Notes: a model not told the origin generated them from the sequence alone. A DNA stretch of 64,000 nucleotides from Octopus vulgaris (GCA_951406725.2 OX597814.1:140120001-140184000); one strand, 5' to 3'. Shown: positions 39,606 through 52,221, counted from the stretch's first letter. Made by a program: numbers and translations.

Positions 39606-40469
39606 GCATAATATACACTCACACACACACACATTTACAAACTGTTTTCTTCTAAAAAAATTTTTATTAACTGTACTGTGCAAAAATACTGTTTCGACTG
39701 AATTTCTGTCTAAAAATGTGACCTTAAACAAATATGTTTACAAAACAACTAGGAGCTGTGGTATGTACAGTTAAAAATAAAATTTTGGATAACACAGTCA
39801 CACACACATACTCACTTATATTCTGAAACCTCATAATTCCTTCTTTATTTTTGTTTTTATGTTTCAAGCTTTTTACGGGACAGAGGAGGTTGTTATGCAA
39901 ATTACTGCTTGACAAAAGCTATTTATGATTCTTTTTGTATATGTAAAAACCTATTTTTATTGGTCAAGTGAGGAAGAGAATTGTCTCTATTTCACTGATC
40001 CAATATGATTGAAATATGTATGTTGTTGTCACCTTTGCTAAAAAGATCAGGGGCTTTTTCCCCCCTTTAAATATGAGAATTAATTGTTTTGTTTTTTTAA
40101 TTAATTCTCAATCTATTGAAATTATTTTCTCTTTTCTGTGTGAATTTCTATTGAATGTCACTTGGTCTGGACCAAGAGGAAGATTTCAATTTATTAAGAA
40201 TTATTTGTACTCCAGCATAGCCACAGCCTTAAGGCTGAAACATGTAAAAGAATAAAAGAAAACATTATTCAGGGTATTCATATATATATGTGGTTCTTCT
40301 TCAGTTTCTTTTTGATTTATATATTACAAAAAAAAGTGATTGTTTGAAATGAAAGAGTACATTTGAAGAAGCTGATTGATAAGTTAATGTTTAAAATGAT
40401 CAAGAAATAAATTAATATAAATTACTTATTATAAACATAAATTAATTTTTATTTTTATCTCTGTTACAG

Positions 40470-40785
40470 GATGAAATGGAGGATGGCTGCCTCAAAGTTG
40501 GTCTCGGTAGCCATCCCGAGTCAACTCTGTCTGACACAGCCCTCAATGAGACTCCAGGGGTAGGTTCTTCTAAGGAAAACCCAGTAAACCAGGAAGAAGT
40601 GGAATTGCAACCACTAATCTCCCATATTTCTGCAATGGACCGAGGTGCTTGTATGGGCCATATCTCCACACTGCATGATGAGGTGGAAAAAATATTTGAA
40701 ACTCCTCCACGATTCAACATTGATTCTTTATCAACGGGAGAAGTCTGTCAGGATCAGCACCGGTTTGGAGAGGATGATTATAAAA
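40470..40785 (+). CDS. SLC4A2: SLC4 anion exchanger (AE2/AE3-like) exon, N-terminal region DEMEDG...HRFGEDDYK
   Basis: ttacag acceptor; gtatga donor in phase 1. Joins the next exon to give DDYKNHRRMSFPHVHHPL, which resembles the AE2 DFEYHRQSSHHIHHPL motif. Confidence 0.85.
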
Positions 40786-41011
40786 GTATGATAATATAAT
40801 TTTAATGCTCTGACATTTTATCATCATGATCTATCTTTTACTTTTGTGTTATGCAGATCCACACTTGACTCTGTAGCAACATGTTCTCTGTCAATTATGT
40901 TTTCTTTAGTTAACATTTTAATTCTTAGTAATCACTACAACTAACTGTTACTAATCCCAAATATCTGCTAATCAGTTTTCTTCACTTAAAATTGTATGTG
41001 TGTGTGAAATG

Positions 41012-41395
41012 AGGTAAAGGTATGGCTGTGGGGCTAAGAAGTTCACTTTCGAGCCTCATGGTTTTGGGTCCAATCTCACTGCGTGATACCTTGGGTAAGT
41101 TTCTTTTGCTATAAACCACCAAAGCCTTGTGGTAGACAGAAATTGAAAGAAGCCCATTATGTATGTGTGCATGTGTCTTGACATCACATGTTGTAAGCAA
41201 GTGTCACTATCTAAGAAACAATATGATTCATTTCCAATCTTCTGTGAAAACATGCCCTGCCAAGGGGAAATCCTACCTTGCTTGGAAATAAGTAAGGGTT
41301 GGTGACAGGAAGGGCATTTGATCATAGAAAATCTGCCTCAACATATTTTATCTGATCCATGCAAGCATGAAAAAGTGATCATTAGAACAGTGACA
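41012..41395 (+). mobile_element. tRNA-derived SINE, variant with an RTE-like tail
   Basis: Same head/core as 3226 (accttgggtaagt). Tail ggtgacaggaagggcat ... catgcaagcatgaaaaagtg. Confidence 0.75.
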
Positions 41396-42390
41396 ATATA
41401 AGAAATAGGAAAAGACTCGAATCAATGATCAGAGAAACTAGAAATCCAAAAAGGACTCTTTACAAATGAAAGATAATTGTAGAACAAAGAGCTATATTCC
41501 ATAGATGTAATGTTTTAGTAAAGAATCTCCACTTTAGCTTATTCAGTAGCTCTGAAAGCAGAGAAACCAAGGAAATTATTGGAGCATATATATAGAGAGA
41601 GAAAGAGCGGGTGGTGGTGGGGACACCACTTGAGAACCAGTGTTGGTTTGTTCACAACCCTGTAACGTAGCAGTTCGACAAAAAGGACTGATAGAATAAA
41701 TTCCAAACTTTAAAAGAAAAGCACTGATTTCAATTTGCTCAACTAAACCATTCAAGGTGCACACCAGCATGTCCACAGTCCAGCGACTGAAACAAATAAA
41801 AGACAAAAAATAAAGATGAAGTATACAAACTACTTTCTCATGCCAGGTAAATATTTAAAGGTAGAAGTCCATTTTATAGGTTGTCATAGCATGCAGAGAC
41901 AGCTATTTAACTTTCTCTACTGACAAAATAATAACTTTTTAACCTGAAACTAAAAGTAAACACTAAACCTGATACAATTGATATCTTATTTAGCTTGAAA
42001 AGGAAAAGAAAGAATTAAATAGAAAATGAGAGGAAAACAAAAGAAAGCTAAAAATAAATATTCCAGAACCTTTGTTACTCACTGTCTACTTATTTAAACA
42101 TTTCACAGAATATACAGTTGTGATTTTGCAATTAAGGTTGACAAATTGGTTTTACCAGAAGAAAGAATGATATTGGCCATTTTGTTTTTGAGATAACTGA
42201 AGTAGCAGAGATATTGGTAACTGTTCTGCAAGTTGGAAAAAAATAGTTATTCATTCTTACAGAAAAATGAAGGTGCAGATACCTTTTAAATTATTTTTTC
42301 AAATTTCTTTTTAATAGATTGATGTTACTCTGTTAATAAGAAAAAAGTTTCCTTAGATTTTAATAATTAATTTGTTAACAGTCACTGAAT

Positions 42391-42770
42391 CACCATCATT
42401 TTAATGCCTACTTTTCCATGCATGGATCATAGAAAATTCATTGATGCAAATTTTCCATGGTCAGATACACTACTTGTTGCCAACCCTCATTTACATCCAA
42501 GCAAGGTAATATTTCCCGTGACAGGACATGTTTTCATGGGAGATTAGAAACAAATAACACTATTTACAACTATTACATGATGTCAAGACAAAGAGCTACA
42601 CACTCACACACACACATGCACACACACTCACACACACACACGTATGACTGAATTATTTCAGTTGCTGTCTACCAAACCCACTCACAAGGCTTTGGTTGAC
42701 TTGGTGCTATAGTAGAAGACACTTGCTTGAGGTGCCATGCAGTGGGACTGAACCTGAAATCATGTGGTCT
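42391..42770 (-). mobile_element. tRNA-derived SINE, variant with an RTE-like tail (inverted relative to 41012-41395)
   Basis: catcattttaatgcctacttttccatgcatgg ... gacacttgcttgaggtgccatgcagtgggactgaacc. Confidence 0.75.
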
Positions 42771-44073
42771 AGTAATAAGAAAAAAAAATCATATCTTGGA
42801 TATTTTTACTATCACAAAAAATGTTTTGGCTACATTACATCATAGCTTTTCTACTTGTATTAAACTACTCTTACAAGTGGCATCAATCAGTTTTGTTTAT
42901 TGAGTTTAGCTATGATCAAATATGCAGATATTAACTCTGTTTTTATTGACATTTTCAAACTTAATTCACTTAGCCAGAGACAGATGGAAATGTGTGAAAC
43001 CACTTACTGCGTGCCAAGCATTTTAAAATAAGAAACTCACTTTTGTCTTAACTCTAAGTAAATGTTAACTTTGTGTAAATCTCATATTTGACCACTCATT
43101 AAATAATAACAAAGTGATAAATCTTTATAATGACAAAAATAGTCCCCTTTTGAAAGTGTTTCTCACTTCAATCTATTTAAACAGCATATCCTAGTCTCCA
43201 TTATATGATATTTTTATCACTATTATCACCCTATTTAACATATATCAATCAGTGTAAATTTCTCTGACATACTGTGTATTAATGACTGAATTATTATTCA
43301 CACTGTATCAAGGGACTACTCAATCTGCCAGTTTCTGATAGTCTTTGCTCACATTGTTCCATCTCTGTCTGCTGCCATCTGAATTTCAATTTAATCTAGC
43401 TTCTTCATTTTTAAGGTTTTTCTATTTTAGAAGCCTAAAAACTATACACTTTTTCTCCAGTCACATTGCATGGATTCCGTATTATTTGTTATCTTAACAC
43501 TCTCAGTGTTATTCTATCTTTACTTCAGTTCTGCTCTGAACCCAATCTTCATCCAACAAGGCAATATAAACAAAATAAAAATATAAATATAAATGAATAA
43601 ATAAAATAATTAGGAAAATATTTCCTTTTTTTTTTTGTTTTATGTTTATAAATGGTGCTATTGTCATTATTTGATTTGGAGATTTCTGTTAAGATAACAC
43701 CAATTATCATATTAAGATATCATCAATTTTTCTATACTGCTTCTAATTTAATGAAGCAAGTCATTGGTCTCCATAGCCAAAAAATAGAAAGGAATTTAAA
43801 TATAAAATTGCTTGAATGTTTAAAGTCATTTTGATTGAAATTATTTAATGAAATTATATATTTCAGTTTTCAGTCCTAATTGATAAAGCATTTTTATATT
43901 CTGCTTAGTGATGAATATATAAAAAAATCCATATTCTAACCATTTTTTCTTAAAAGGAAAATGAAAAGATCTAAATTACTTTTTATGTTTGAATTTGAAA
44001 ACAACTTGCCTTAACATCCTTCTTTACAACAATCATGTATTTCTTTATATCATTCGCTTTCTTTTTAATACAG

Positions 44074-44261
44074 ACCATCGCCGAATGTCATTTCCCCATG
44101 TCCATCATCCATTGAAATCAATGACCAGTCGCTCGTTCAAATCTATGAAAGGGATAAAAAGAAAAGTAAAAAAGAAATTTCAAGGAGCCAGAAGCTTTCC
44201 ATCCAAAATAGCAGCTCAGTCCCCAGTTATTCCTGAAGTAGATGTTGAAGAATATCAAGAG
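44074..44261 (+). CDS. SLC4A2: SLC4 anion exchanger exon, (N)HRRMSFPHVHHPLK...EEYQE
   Basis: atacag acceptor in phase 1; gtgaat donor in phase 0; conserved H-x-HHPL motif. Confidence 0.9.
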
Positions 44262-45059
44262 GTGAATTTTATCTGTATATTTGAATTAATGTTTCTAGAA
44301 AATTATAAACTATTATTTATTTATCCTTTTTCTAAGAAAAAAAAAGTTTCTTTTTGACTATATTTAAAGTTTTTAATATCTACTTGCTTCATTTTATTTT
44401 CAATATATTCAAGATTCTGTAGTGTCTTAGTAAAAATATCGGTATCTTTGATGTCATAAGAATTTAGAAAGTTTGAGTGAACATGAAATAATTTGTTTTT
44501 GTTTTTTTTTAAATGGTCATGTTTACAGAAAATGTGGGTTCATGTCCCACAGGCGGTCTTTGACTTATTGTATCCAAAGGAATTTTTAACCCAATATTTG
44601 CACATTATTTATTTATAGCTTTATCCGTTTTAAGTTTCACCATTTCAAAATGGAAATATATCTGTAAGTTTACATATTTGCCTGTCCAAAACATTTTCAT
44701 AATTTTGTTCTAAACATCCATGCTTGTTTTCAGACTTTTAGCTAAGCCCTTGTTTCACACATTCTGAGTAACATAAAGCTTTCCTTTCGTAAGTCCTAAG
44801 TTATTCCACTGGTTGAAAAAAATTGGGAATATGTATCATATATGATGCATGGTCACCAGGGAAATATGGTCTGTGTGTCCACATGGGATACACAGAACAA
44901 GCAAAAGCTTAAGATGGTGTTGATCTACTGAAATTTCACATTGTTTTTCATTTTGGTCAAGATTGTAATTTAAATATGAACACTTTCATATGTACATGCA
45001 GATGCAGTTAGCAGAATGGGGTATAAAAAGGTGTTAAAAGGTTATAGGATAACATCACT

Positions 45060-45530
45060 ACTACTTGTACTTGTGATGGTGTTCACCCAGGGCAGGTTGA
45101 GCCAGTTTCTTCTCTGGTCCTAACGGCATCACGAACCATGGCAGCCCACGCTCATTGGTCCTGTGTGAGATCACTGGAAATAGTGAGCCATTAGCGGTTC
45201 CATCTGTGCAGACCGACCACCTGCAGACCTGAGAGTTCGGAGAGGTCCTCCTTTATCGTTGTTGCCCAGGTCTTCAGCTGCCCGACCGTGCGTTTGCACC
45301 AGCTGGGAAGTGATGGTGTGAGGAGGACATTGCAAATCAGCTCACCCTCTGGATGCCAGGCTGCATGAATGAACCACCTTAAGCGCCGTTGTAGAAGCAC
45401 CAAAGGGAGGGACTGGAGGTTCAGGCAATGACAAAGACCGGCTGTAGGAACCCAATCAATGTGGTGGAGACAGTCATTGTCGAACACCTCCAGCCTTCGC
45501 TGATCGACTACCCTCATAGGCCATGTTTTA
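45060..45530 (-). mobile_element. 3' end of an RTE LINE
   Basis: ORF 45191-45517 contains RRLEVFDNDCL...QRRLRWFIHAA...GQLKTWATTIKEDL; (CAAGTA)n-like tail. Confidence 0.8.
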
Positions 45531-45861
45531 TAACATCACACATCAATGCTGCTTGATACTACTGATATTAAATAAGTTTAATGATATAAGCTAACATTTA
45601 ATGAAATATTTTGAAAAATATCTCTGATTTATACAATACAGCTTTGTTATAATGTTTTATTGGGATTGTAAATTCATTAATAAATTCTTAATGCATTTAT
45701 GTATGTAAATATTGATACGTGTTTCAAATATATTCTGAACAATTTCTTGGCTAACTATAAAATCTCAACTTAATTTAGTTCTATATTTATTATCCTGCAA
45801 AACTTTTAAGATTGATAATTGTTTTTCGTCCTACATATACCTCATTCTCTTATAATTTCTT

Positions 45862-46146
45862 TTAACCCTTTAACATTCAAACTATATCAGACCAAAGTAT
45901 CTTACCTGGTTTATGATAACTAGTGTTAATAGATGGCACTGAAGTACCACTCTAATTATTTTATCCAAATCCAAACTCTCCTTCTCCAATTAAGCCATTA
46001 ATTACACCTACCCTACAATGTCATTCTAAAAATAAATAGTCACATCATTGAAGTCTTGAAGCAAAAGATAATGCAGGATTAACTTAAAACAATATAGATA
46101 AATAAGTATTATAATTGACAGAATAACCTGAATGGTAAAGGGTTAA
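45862..46146. mobile_element. piggyBac-like MITE ending 38 bp upstream of an exon
   Basis: ttaaccctttaacattca ... tgaatggtaaagggttaa. Confidence 0.7.
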
Positions 46147-46184
46147 GATCACATAAAAATGGGTTTTCTCATTTTCTTTTGCAG

Positions 46185-46578
46185 GATATTGACTCAGATG
46201 ATGCAGATTTTGATATGGCTTCCAACATGTACTCAATTGAAATGCAAGATTCACAGTCTGATATACCTGAATTGGCTGTTGGTTTCTACATTGGTGAGAG
46301 TGAGCGTGGCCCAGATGTGGCATCTTTGCAAACTTCATTTGAAGATTCACCTCTTTTGATGAGACACCAACCATCAATCGAGTCATATGCATCTTCCAAG
46401 TCTGTAGCTGCACAGAAGTTCCATCGCCAGGCATCTGGCTCTCCTGAACCAACGTCAATGTTTGAAATAGATGAGGCACCTCGACCATCTGAACAAGCAG
46501 CACATCCACGATTATCGCTGGATGAAACAGATGCAATGAGAGGCAGTCAACCATCTCTAAAAGTAAACTTTCAATTAG
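46185..46578 (+). CDS. SLC4A2: SLC4 anion exchanger exon, acidic/Ser-rich, DIDSDDAD...KVNFQL
   Basis: tttgcag acceptor in phase 0; gttagt donor in phase 1; open frame (ORF 46179-46583). Confidence 0.85.
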
Positions 46579-46667
46579 GTTAGTTTTTCAGTTCTATATT
46601 TATGAGATGATGAATTATGTACATTATTTACATTTGATGGATATTTGTCCTCATTTTGTATGTTGTT

Positions 46668-46713
46668 AACACAATGTTTCGGCTGATATACCTTCCAGCC
46701 TTCATCAGGTGTC
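46668..46713 (-). ncRNA. Minimal type-I hammerhead ribozyme at the Penelope 3' end (canonical core)
   Basis: Minus: GACAC-CTGATGA-a-GGCTG(gaaggtatat)CAGCC-GAAA-ca-T-T-GTGTT. Stem III ACAT is a likely CpG-decayed ACGT palindrome. Confidence 0.8.
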
Positions 46714-46761
46714 TTGAGGAAATTTTGAACCTGGGTTCTCATTCATAAGGTATTTTTGGAT

Positions 46762-46784
46762 GTTGTTGTTATTATTATTATTAA

Positions 46785-46833
<49 letters not shown>

Positions 46834-46857
46834 TTCATTATTATTATTATTATTATT
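46762..46857. repeat. (TTA)n microsatellite inside the Penelope 3' region
   Basis: Read directly from the sequence. Confidence 0.95.
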
Positions 46858-46859
46858 TA

Positions 46860-46932
46860 GGTCACTGCCTGGCATCGAACTTGAAACCTTGGGGTTAGTA
46901 GCCCGCACTCTTAACCACTATGTCATATGCCC
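46860..46932 (-). other. tRNA-like segment (Pol III A/B boxes) embedded in the Penelope 3' UTR
   Basis: Minus: GGGCATA-TGACATAGTGG-TTAAGAGTGC-GGG(CTACTAA)CCC-CAAGGTTTCAA-GTTCGATGCC-AGGCAGTGACC. The stems are imperfect, so this is not a functional tRNA. Confidence 0.65.
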
Positions 46933-48983
46933 GTAGGCAATTATGGAGTGAATTTTAGGGCTTATAAATCTAATATTTTCCTATCCTTCCTTAATACCAG
47001 TTCCCATATGCTGCCCATATCTGCACTCGGTCTGCTTAGGAGATTGTTGTGTCCTAGCATCTGTGCTGCTTCTTTTAGTTTTCGTATTTTCCAGTGTTGT
47101 TATTCTCTGTCTATTATTTTAACTTCATCCCACAGGGGAAAGTGGTCTCCATTTTTCTGTACATGATCAGCTATACCCAATTTATCAATATCTCATCATG
47201 TCACAGCTTTGCGATGTTTCTCTACCCTTATTTTGAGGGGGTGGCATGTTTTGCCTTTGTATAACCTACCACAGCTGCATAGGATGGAGTACACTCAGTC
47301 TTTGGTCATATGCTCTTCTGTTGGTGATTTTACTCGAAGGAAATATTTGAAAAGTGCTGTATTACTCTTGAATGCTGTCCTGATGTCATATGGGCTGCAT
47401 ATCTTTTGTATCTTTTCAGAGAGGCCTTTCACTTAGGGTAGACAGACTGTGGATACTTTATTGGTTTCATCCTCTCTTTTCTTCATAATTGGAGTAGATA
47501 GTATGTTTTGGGGATAGTTGTTACTTAACAGATTGTTACTTAGCTTGATCATTTCTTCATGGTGGCTATAACAATCGCTACTTACATTCTTTGCTCAATG
47601 TTTTAGGCACTGAGCAATCCCTCTCTTTACACTGTACGAATCGTTGAATTGAAGTTGAGGTATCATCCAGTGAAGGTCGGCTTGCACTATACGGATGTCC
47701 TGAATCCATACTTGGTGCATGTTAATACGTTCAGGAATACTAGTTGATTGTCTTTTTCCTTTTCCATTGTGAATTGTATGGATAGCTTTATTGAGTTCAC
47801 ATGATCTAACAGCACTTGGACATCTTTCAGGTGGAGCCAGAGTATAAAGGTGTCATCAACATATCGCAGCCATAGGGTAGGTTTTAGCGATGTTGATCCT
47901 AAAGCCAAATTCTCAAAGTATTCCATGTATATATTGGCTATTATCAATGATAATGGTGAACCCATAACTAAACCCTCTTCTTGTCGATATATATCAGTGT
48001 CCATACTGAGGTAGGTAGTTTCTACACAGAAGGTCAACATTTCCATCAGGTTTCTTATTGGTATACTAATGCGTTCTTTTAGATGGGTGTCTGTCACTAG
48101 TTTTTCTTGAATCACTGATAGTGCTTCACCAGTTAGGACTTTGGTGAACAGACTTATTTCATCTAGACTCACCATCTGGTTGGATTCAATGGGGGTATCC
48201 TTGATCAATTGTGTGTAGAATTCCACCCACTTCCATTTTTCTTCCACAACTTTTTGTCATATTTGAATTATCCTTATGATTTATCTTTTTATCCATGACA
48301 AAAAAAATAAACCTTGTTCTTTCTTCTTTTTTTTTTGTTTTTGAGTTTATGTATATCAATTTATTTATTACTAGAAATAGTATTTAACTATTCCAAAACA
48401 TTAATTAGTTACCTAATTAAATTTATGTTTGTATCAAAATATAAATAAGTATTAAAGAAATGTAAACTTCAAAGAAGATATTCCCCGTTGTGTTCTGTTA
48501 ACGTTATTTAATTCAATGATTAAAAGACAGTGTGATTATGGCTCTGTCACATTATTTATCTTCTGCTGTGAAAAATACAGTAGTTTAAGAATTGTAATGG
48601 TATTTGTGATATGAAAACCAATTACAAAACAGCTTTGTTTTTTCTAATGTGATATTTTACTTGAAGAATTTTGTGTTAACTTCTAGATATGTGATAGTGA
48701 TTAAGCTCTCTTTTAAGATTGATAAATATTTTATGGAGGCAAGCTGGCAGAATTGTTACCATACTGGACAAAATGCTTATCAGCATTTCTTCCAGCTTTT
48801 CACATTCTGAGTTCAAATACTTTGCTTTTTATCCTTTTGAGGGTCAATACAATTATCAGTTGAGTACTTGAGTCAATTGATTTCCCTCTCCCCTGAAAAT
48901 CGTTAGCTTTGTACCAAAATTAGAATGAAATATATGATCTAAAGTAGGATGTTCACTAATCAAGGTAAGGGTTTATATTTCAG

Positions 48984-49092
48984 GAGAAGAGGAGCCCAGT
49001 CAAGAGGATGTATTATGGGTTAAAAGGACAGATGTAGATACTGGAAAGGGAGGGTTAATGAAACAATCTTCATCAGCTGCATCTGCACCAAG
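48984..49092 (+). CDS. SLC4A2: SLC4 anion exchanger exon, (G)EEEPSQEDVLWVKRTDVDTGKGGLMKQSSSAASAP(R)
   Basis: Absent from the ORF track. tttcag acceptor in phase 1 and gtatac donor in phase 2 bridge the flanking exon phases exactly; no stop codons. Confidence 0.8.
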
Positions 49093-49689
49093 GTATACTA
49101 TTGGCATTTTCTTTTTAGATGTCTTCATTTATCAAATTGAAATAAACACATTGAATGCAATTTTCTTTTCACAAACTGTTATTAAAATATAAAAATGTTT
49201 ATGGCATAAAAATTTAGAATCTTTGAGAGACCTGCAATAAACTGTTTTGAAGAGTGGAACTCAAAACATGATGTTATAAATATGTGAATAATAGTTGGGT
49301 TTAAAATATCAAAGGTTGTCTTTCACTTTTTTCCATCCCAGAGGATTATTAACCCAATATTTACATGCTATAATTTACAGCATTATTTAATTTCAGTTCC
49401 ACTAATGAAAAATATATATTATTCTAAGCAATCATTTCGTTTTGTGTGTCAAACAAAGTTAGTTGTTATTTTAAAATAGTTCTGAAACATCTTTAAAAAC
49501 TTGTATCAGAAACTCTCTTCAACTTCCTAGCTTTTGTTTGTCATCTGTAACAATAACACTGAAACATTTGTAATTGTTCTTTGTATAATAGATACACATG
49601 ATAAAAATCCACAAAACTATAATATCAATAAGCCTAAATAATATAATGAAAACTAGGAATGGTAGAAGTATTTTATTTGTCTTATCAAC

Positions 49690-49930
49690 ATGACCTCAGC
49701 ATCCCCTGGCCATCATCGCTGTCTTTAGTCCTAGGGCTGATATCATAACATTTTCCCTGAATGGGACATCAGTCTGTCACAGAGCTATTCATTTATAGCT
49801 GAGTGAATTGGAGCAACACAATATAAAGTGTTTTGCTCACGAATACAACACATCACCTGGTCCAGGAATCAAAATCAGAATCTTATAATCATGAGTCCAA
49901 CACTCTAACCACTAGACCATGTACCTTCAT
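49690..49930 (-). mobile_element. tRNA-derived SINE
   Basis: agctgagtgaattggagcaac ... ccaggaatcaaa (B box) ... ctaaccactagaccatg (A box), read on the reverse strand. Confidence 0.75.
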
Positions 49931-50663
49931 ATAAAAATTTATTTGATATCATCAAATATATTTATTTAATATGTCTTCTTAACTGTAATGTAATTTATTT
50001 ATTTATTGAAAAATGTAGAGTAACTTAGTTCATTATTTTATTAAAAGTTATATTAAATTCGCTTATATTTTGAGAGCTTCTGTACTGCACTAACTTAAAC
50101 TGACTGACTTTTATACCAGTAAATGTGTTTGTTTATGATTGAGAGATAGAAAACTTGATTGTAAATATTTCACAGCATAAAGAACCTACATGTTGAAAGT
50201 ATGCTTCTTTCAGTATCAGTATTCTTTATCTATACACAACAGTTAAGTAGAGTAATTTTGATCAACTTTTTAAATTGGTATTTATTCATTCAATGACTTG
50301 CATATTCTTAATATGTTCCAACAGATCCAATTGCAAATATACTAATTGTTGTTATGTTTTGTCACAGAACAGCTCATCCTTTACAACAACTATATGTTCA
50401 TAACACACTTGATTCACTAGTGCAAGGGATTCTGGGATGCCTGTGTTTAAATTTGTCTTTGATTCTGCTGAAATGTTTTAAGAATAAATATGCAAGTCAT
50501 TGTTTTGATTCCTTACTGCTTACCATGCAAATAATTTATTTATTAATTATTGTTTTCTAAAAGGCCCTCTGTTGTTGTGGTGATTCTTAAAGTATTATTA
50601 ATATAATTCTTGTTAAGTTGTGTTTTCTGTCTTGCTATTTAGTTTAAAACATCTTAGTTTCAG

Positions 50664-50947
50664 ACACAAAACACCAGAAAAGTCTCCGGCTAGTGATAAA
50701 AAAGAAAAAAGCAGTGATAAAGAGGGCAAAAGCCACAAGCACAAACATGGTCATCATCATCATGAACATCATCACGGTCACCATCATGGTCACCATCATC
50801 GGCATCATGAGCATTTTCGAATGCAAGACTTGTTAATGCGCAGGCAGGCAGGAAGTGAAATTGATTTGGATGAGAAATTGCACAGAGTACCTACAGAGTC
50901 TGAGGAAGCATTAACATTACAGAAAGCTGATCTCGATCAGATGGCAA
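50664..50947 (+). CDS. SLC4A2: SLC4 anion exchanger exon with poly-His tract, ending TLQKADLDQMA
   Basis: tttcag acceptor in phase 2; gtaagt donor in phase 1. EEALTLQKADLDQMA+SHRW resembles the AE2 EAQTLATADLDLMKSHRF motif. Confidence 0.9.
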
Positions 50948-51618
50948 GTAAGTAAAGAATTCTACTACTTCGGTGTATTCCAAAGCTGGTATCAGGCTCA
51001 GATTATGGACAGTCTCACAATGGAAAATAACTACAAATATAGTTGCAACAATAGTATTATGATCTTATGGTAGAATGAATTTGAAACATTGTTCAGCCTT
51101 AAAAAAAAAAATTAAAAAGCATGGATGTAGAAAGTATATTAACAACCTACTGTCTTTATTACTAGAATATAAATTTTCATTTATTGAATTTACACGACAA
51201 AAAAAAATGCTAAAGTTTTCATAAATGCCATAATAATGATGCAAAGATAAAATGATTTATTCATGACTTTTATTGAAATTTTAGCTCTAACAGAATTAAA
51301 TCATTAATTTAAATTCACTTTTTATGGTCAATTATCACTCTCCCTTCCCACCTCTGTAACTTCTAAAAGTTTCCATTATTGCTGCTAACATTTCTTTCCA
51401 TGCAACATATCCAATACAATATATTAGATAGCACAATGCAGAGGGAACTGGTGAGTCTTGGCAAGCTAACACCTGGACACGGGGAGGGTACCTGGCTGAT
51501 GATATTGCATATAACTGTGATAAAAGAAACATCAGTATTTTGCCAAATGCCAAAAAAATAATCTTTATATTTCTTAATGTGTTTATTCCAAACGTATGAA
51601 ACAATATATAAAGTTTGC

Positions 51619-51654
<36 letters not shown>

Positions 51655-51656
<2 letters not shown>

Positions 51657-51918
51657 GAGACCCCCTTCGATCACGACACAGACCATGGGAATGCACCTAG
51701 AAAGTTACCCTCCCAGGCACAAGTCTGGGCAAGGTTGTTTATGGAAGACCAGCAGTCGCTCATGCATACCAGCCTCCCCTCTCCACGCCACCAGTGTTAT
51801 CCAAGGGAAAGGCAAAGGCCAATACAGCTTGGCACCTGTGACATTGCAACTCATTTCTACAGCTGAGTGAACTGGAGCAACGTGAAATAAAGTGTCTTGC
51901 TCAAGGACACAACACACA
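51655..51918 (-). mobile_element. SINE body lacking its tRNA head, flanked by (TA)n
   Basis: cagctgagtgaactggagcaacgtgaaataaagtgtcttgctcaagga core; (TA)n at 51622-51653 and 51923-51936. Confidence 0.7.
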
Positions 51919-51955
51919 CTAAATATATATATATATTTTCAAAAATGAGTTGAAA

Positions 51956-52221
51956 TAGGGCTGTGGAGTTGGAGTCAGAAACAATTAAGGGGTAGCTGGA
52001 GTCAGAGTCGGTAAAGCTATGCCAGCTCCAACTCATAATATCTTTATTCTTTAATATAAACCAGTTATAACATATAGGCCTACTCAAGGTACAAGCATAT
52101 GCATATGCTTTATGAGATATGTAGACAACAATCACTTAATTACATAAAGAGGAGTTAGAGGTGCCAATAATAGAGGAGTAGGAGTCAGAGTCAAATTTTT
52201 TGTTTCGACTCCACAGGCCTA
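51956..52221. mobile_element. MITE with ~18-bp TIRs and GGAGTCAG subterminal repeats
   Basis: TAGGGCTGTGGAGTTGGA ... TTCGACTCCACAGGCCTA. Confidence 0.7.

Larger units (their letters stand above)
46618..48230 (-). mobile_element. Penelope-like retroelement (RT + GIY-YIG endonuclease), 5'-truncated and degraded
   Basis: ORF 47687-48247 contains MVSLDEISLFTKV...GLVMGSPLS...ANIYME...WLRYVDDTF (PLE RT). It is followed by KPTFTG*YLNFNS and by VYSILCSCGRLYKGKTCHPLKIRVEKHR (GIY-YIG, ~47211-47294). The 3' terminal repeat carries a hammerhead. Confidence 0.92.

Noticed and set aside
46084-46554. 156-aa antisense ORF (also 40442-40720 and 50644-50826)
   Set aside because: Shadows of the plus-strand SLC4 exons.
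46860-46932. tRNA-Ser(ACT) gene
   Set aside because: The acceptor, D and T stems pair poorly and there is no oligo-T terminator; treated as a tRNA-derived repeat.
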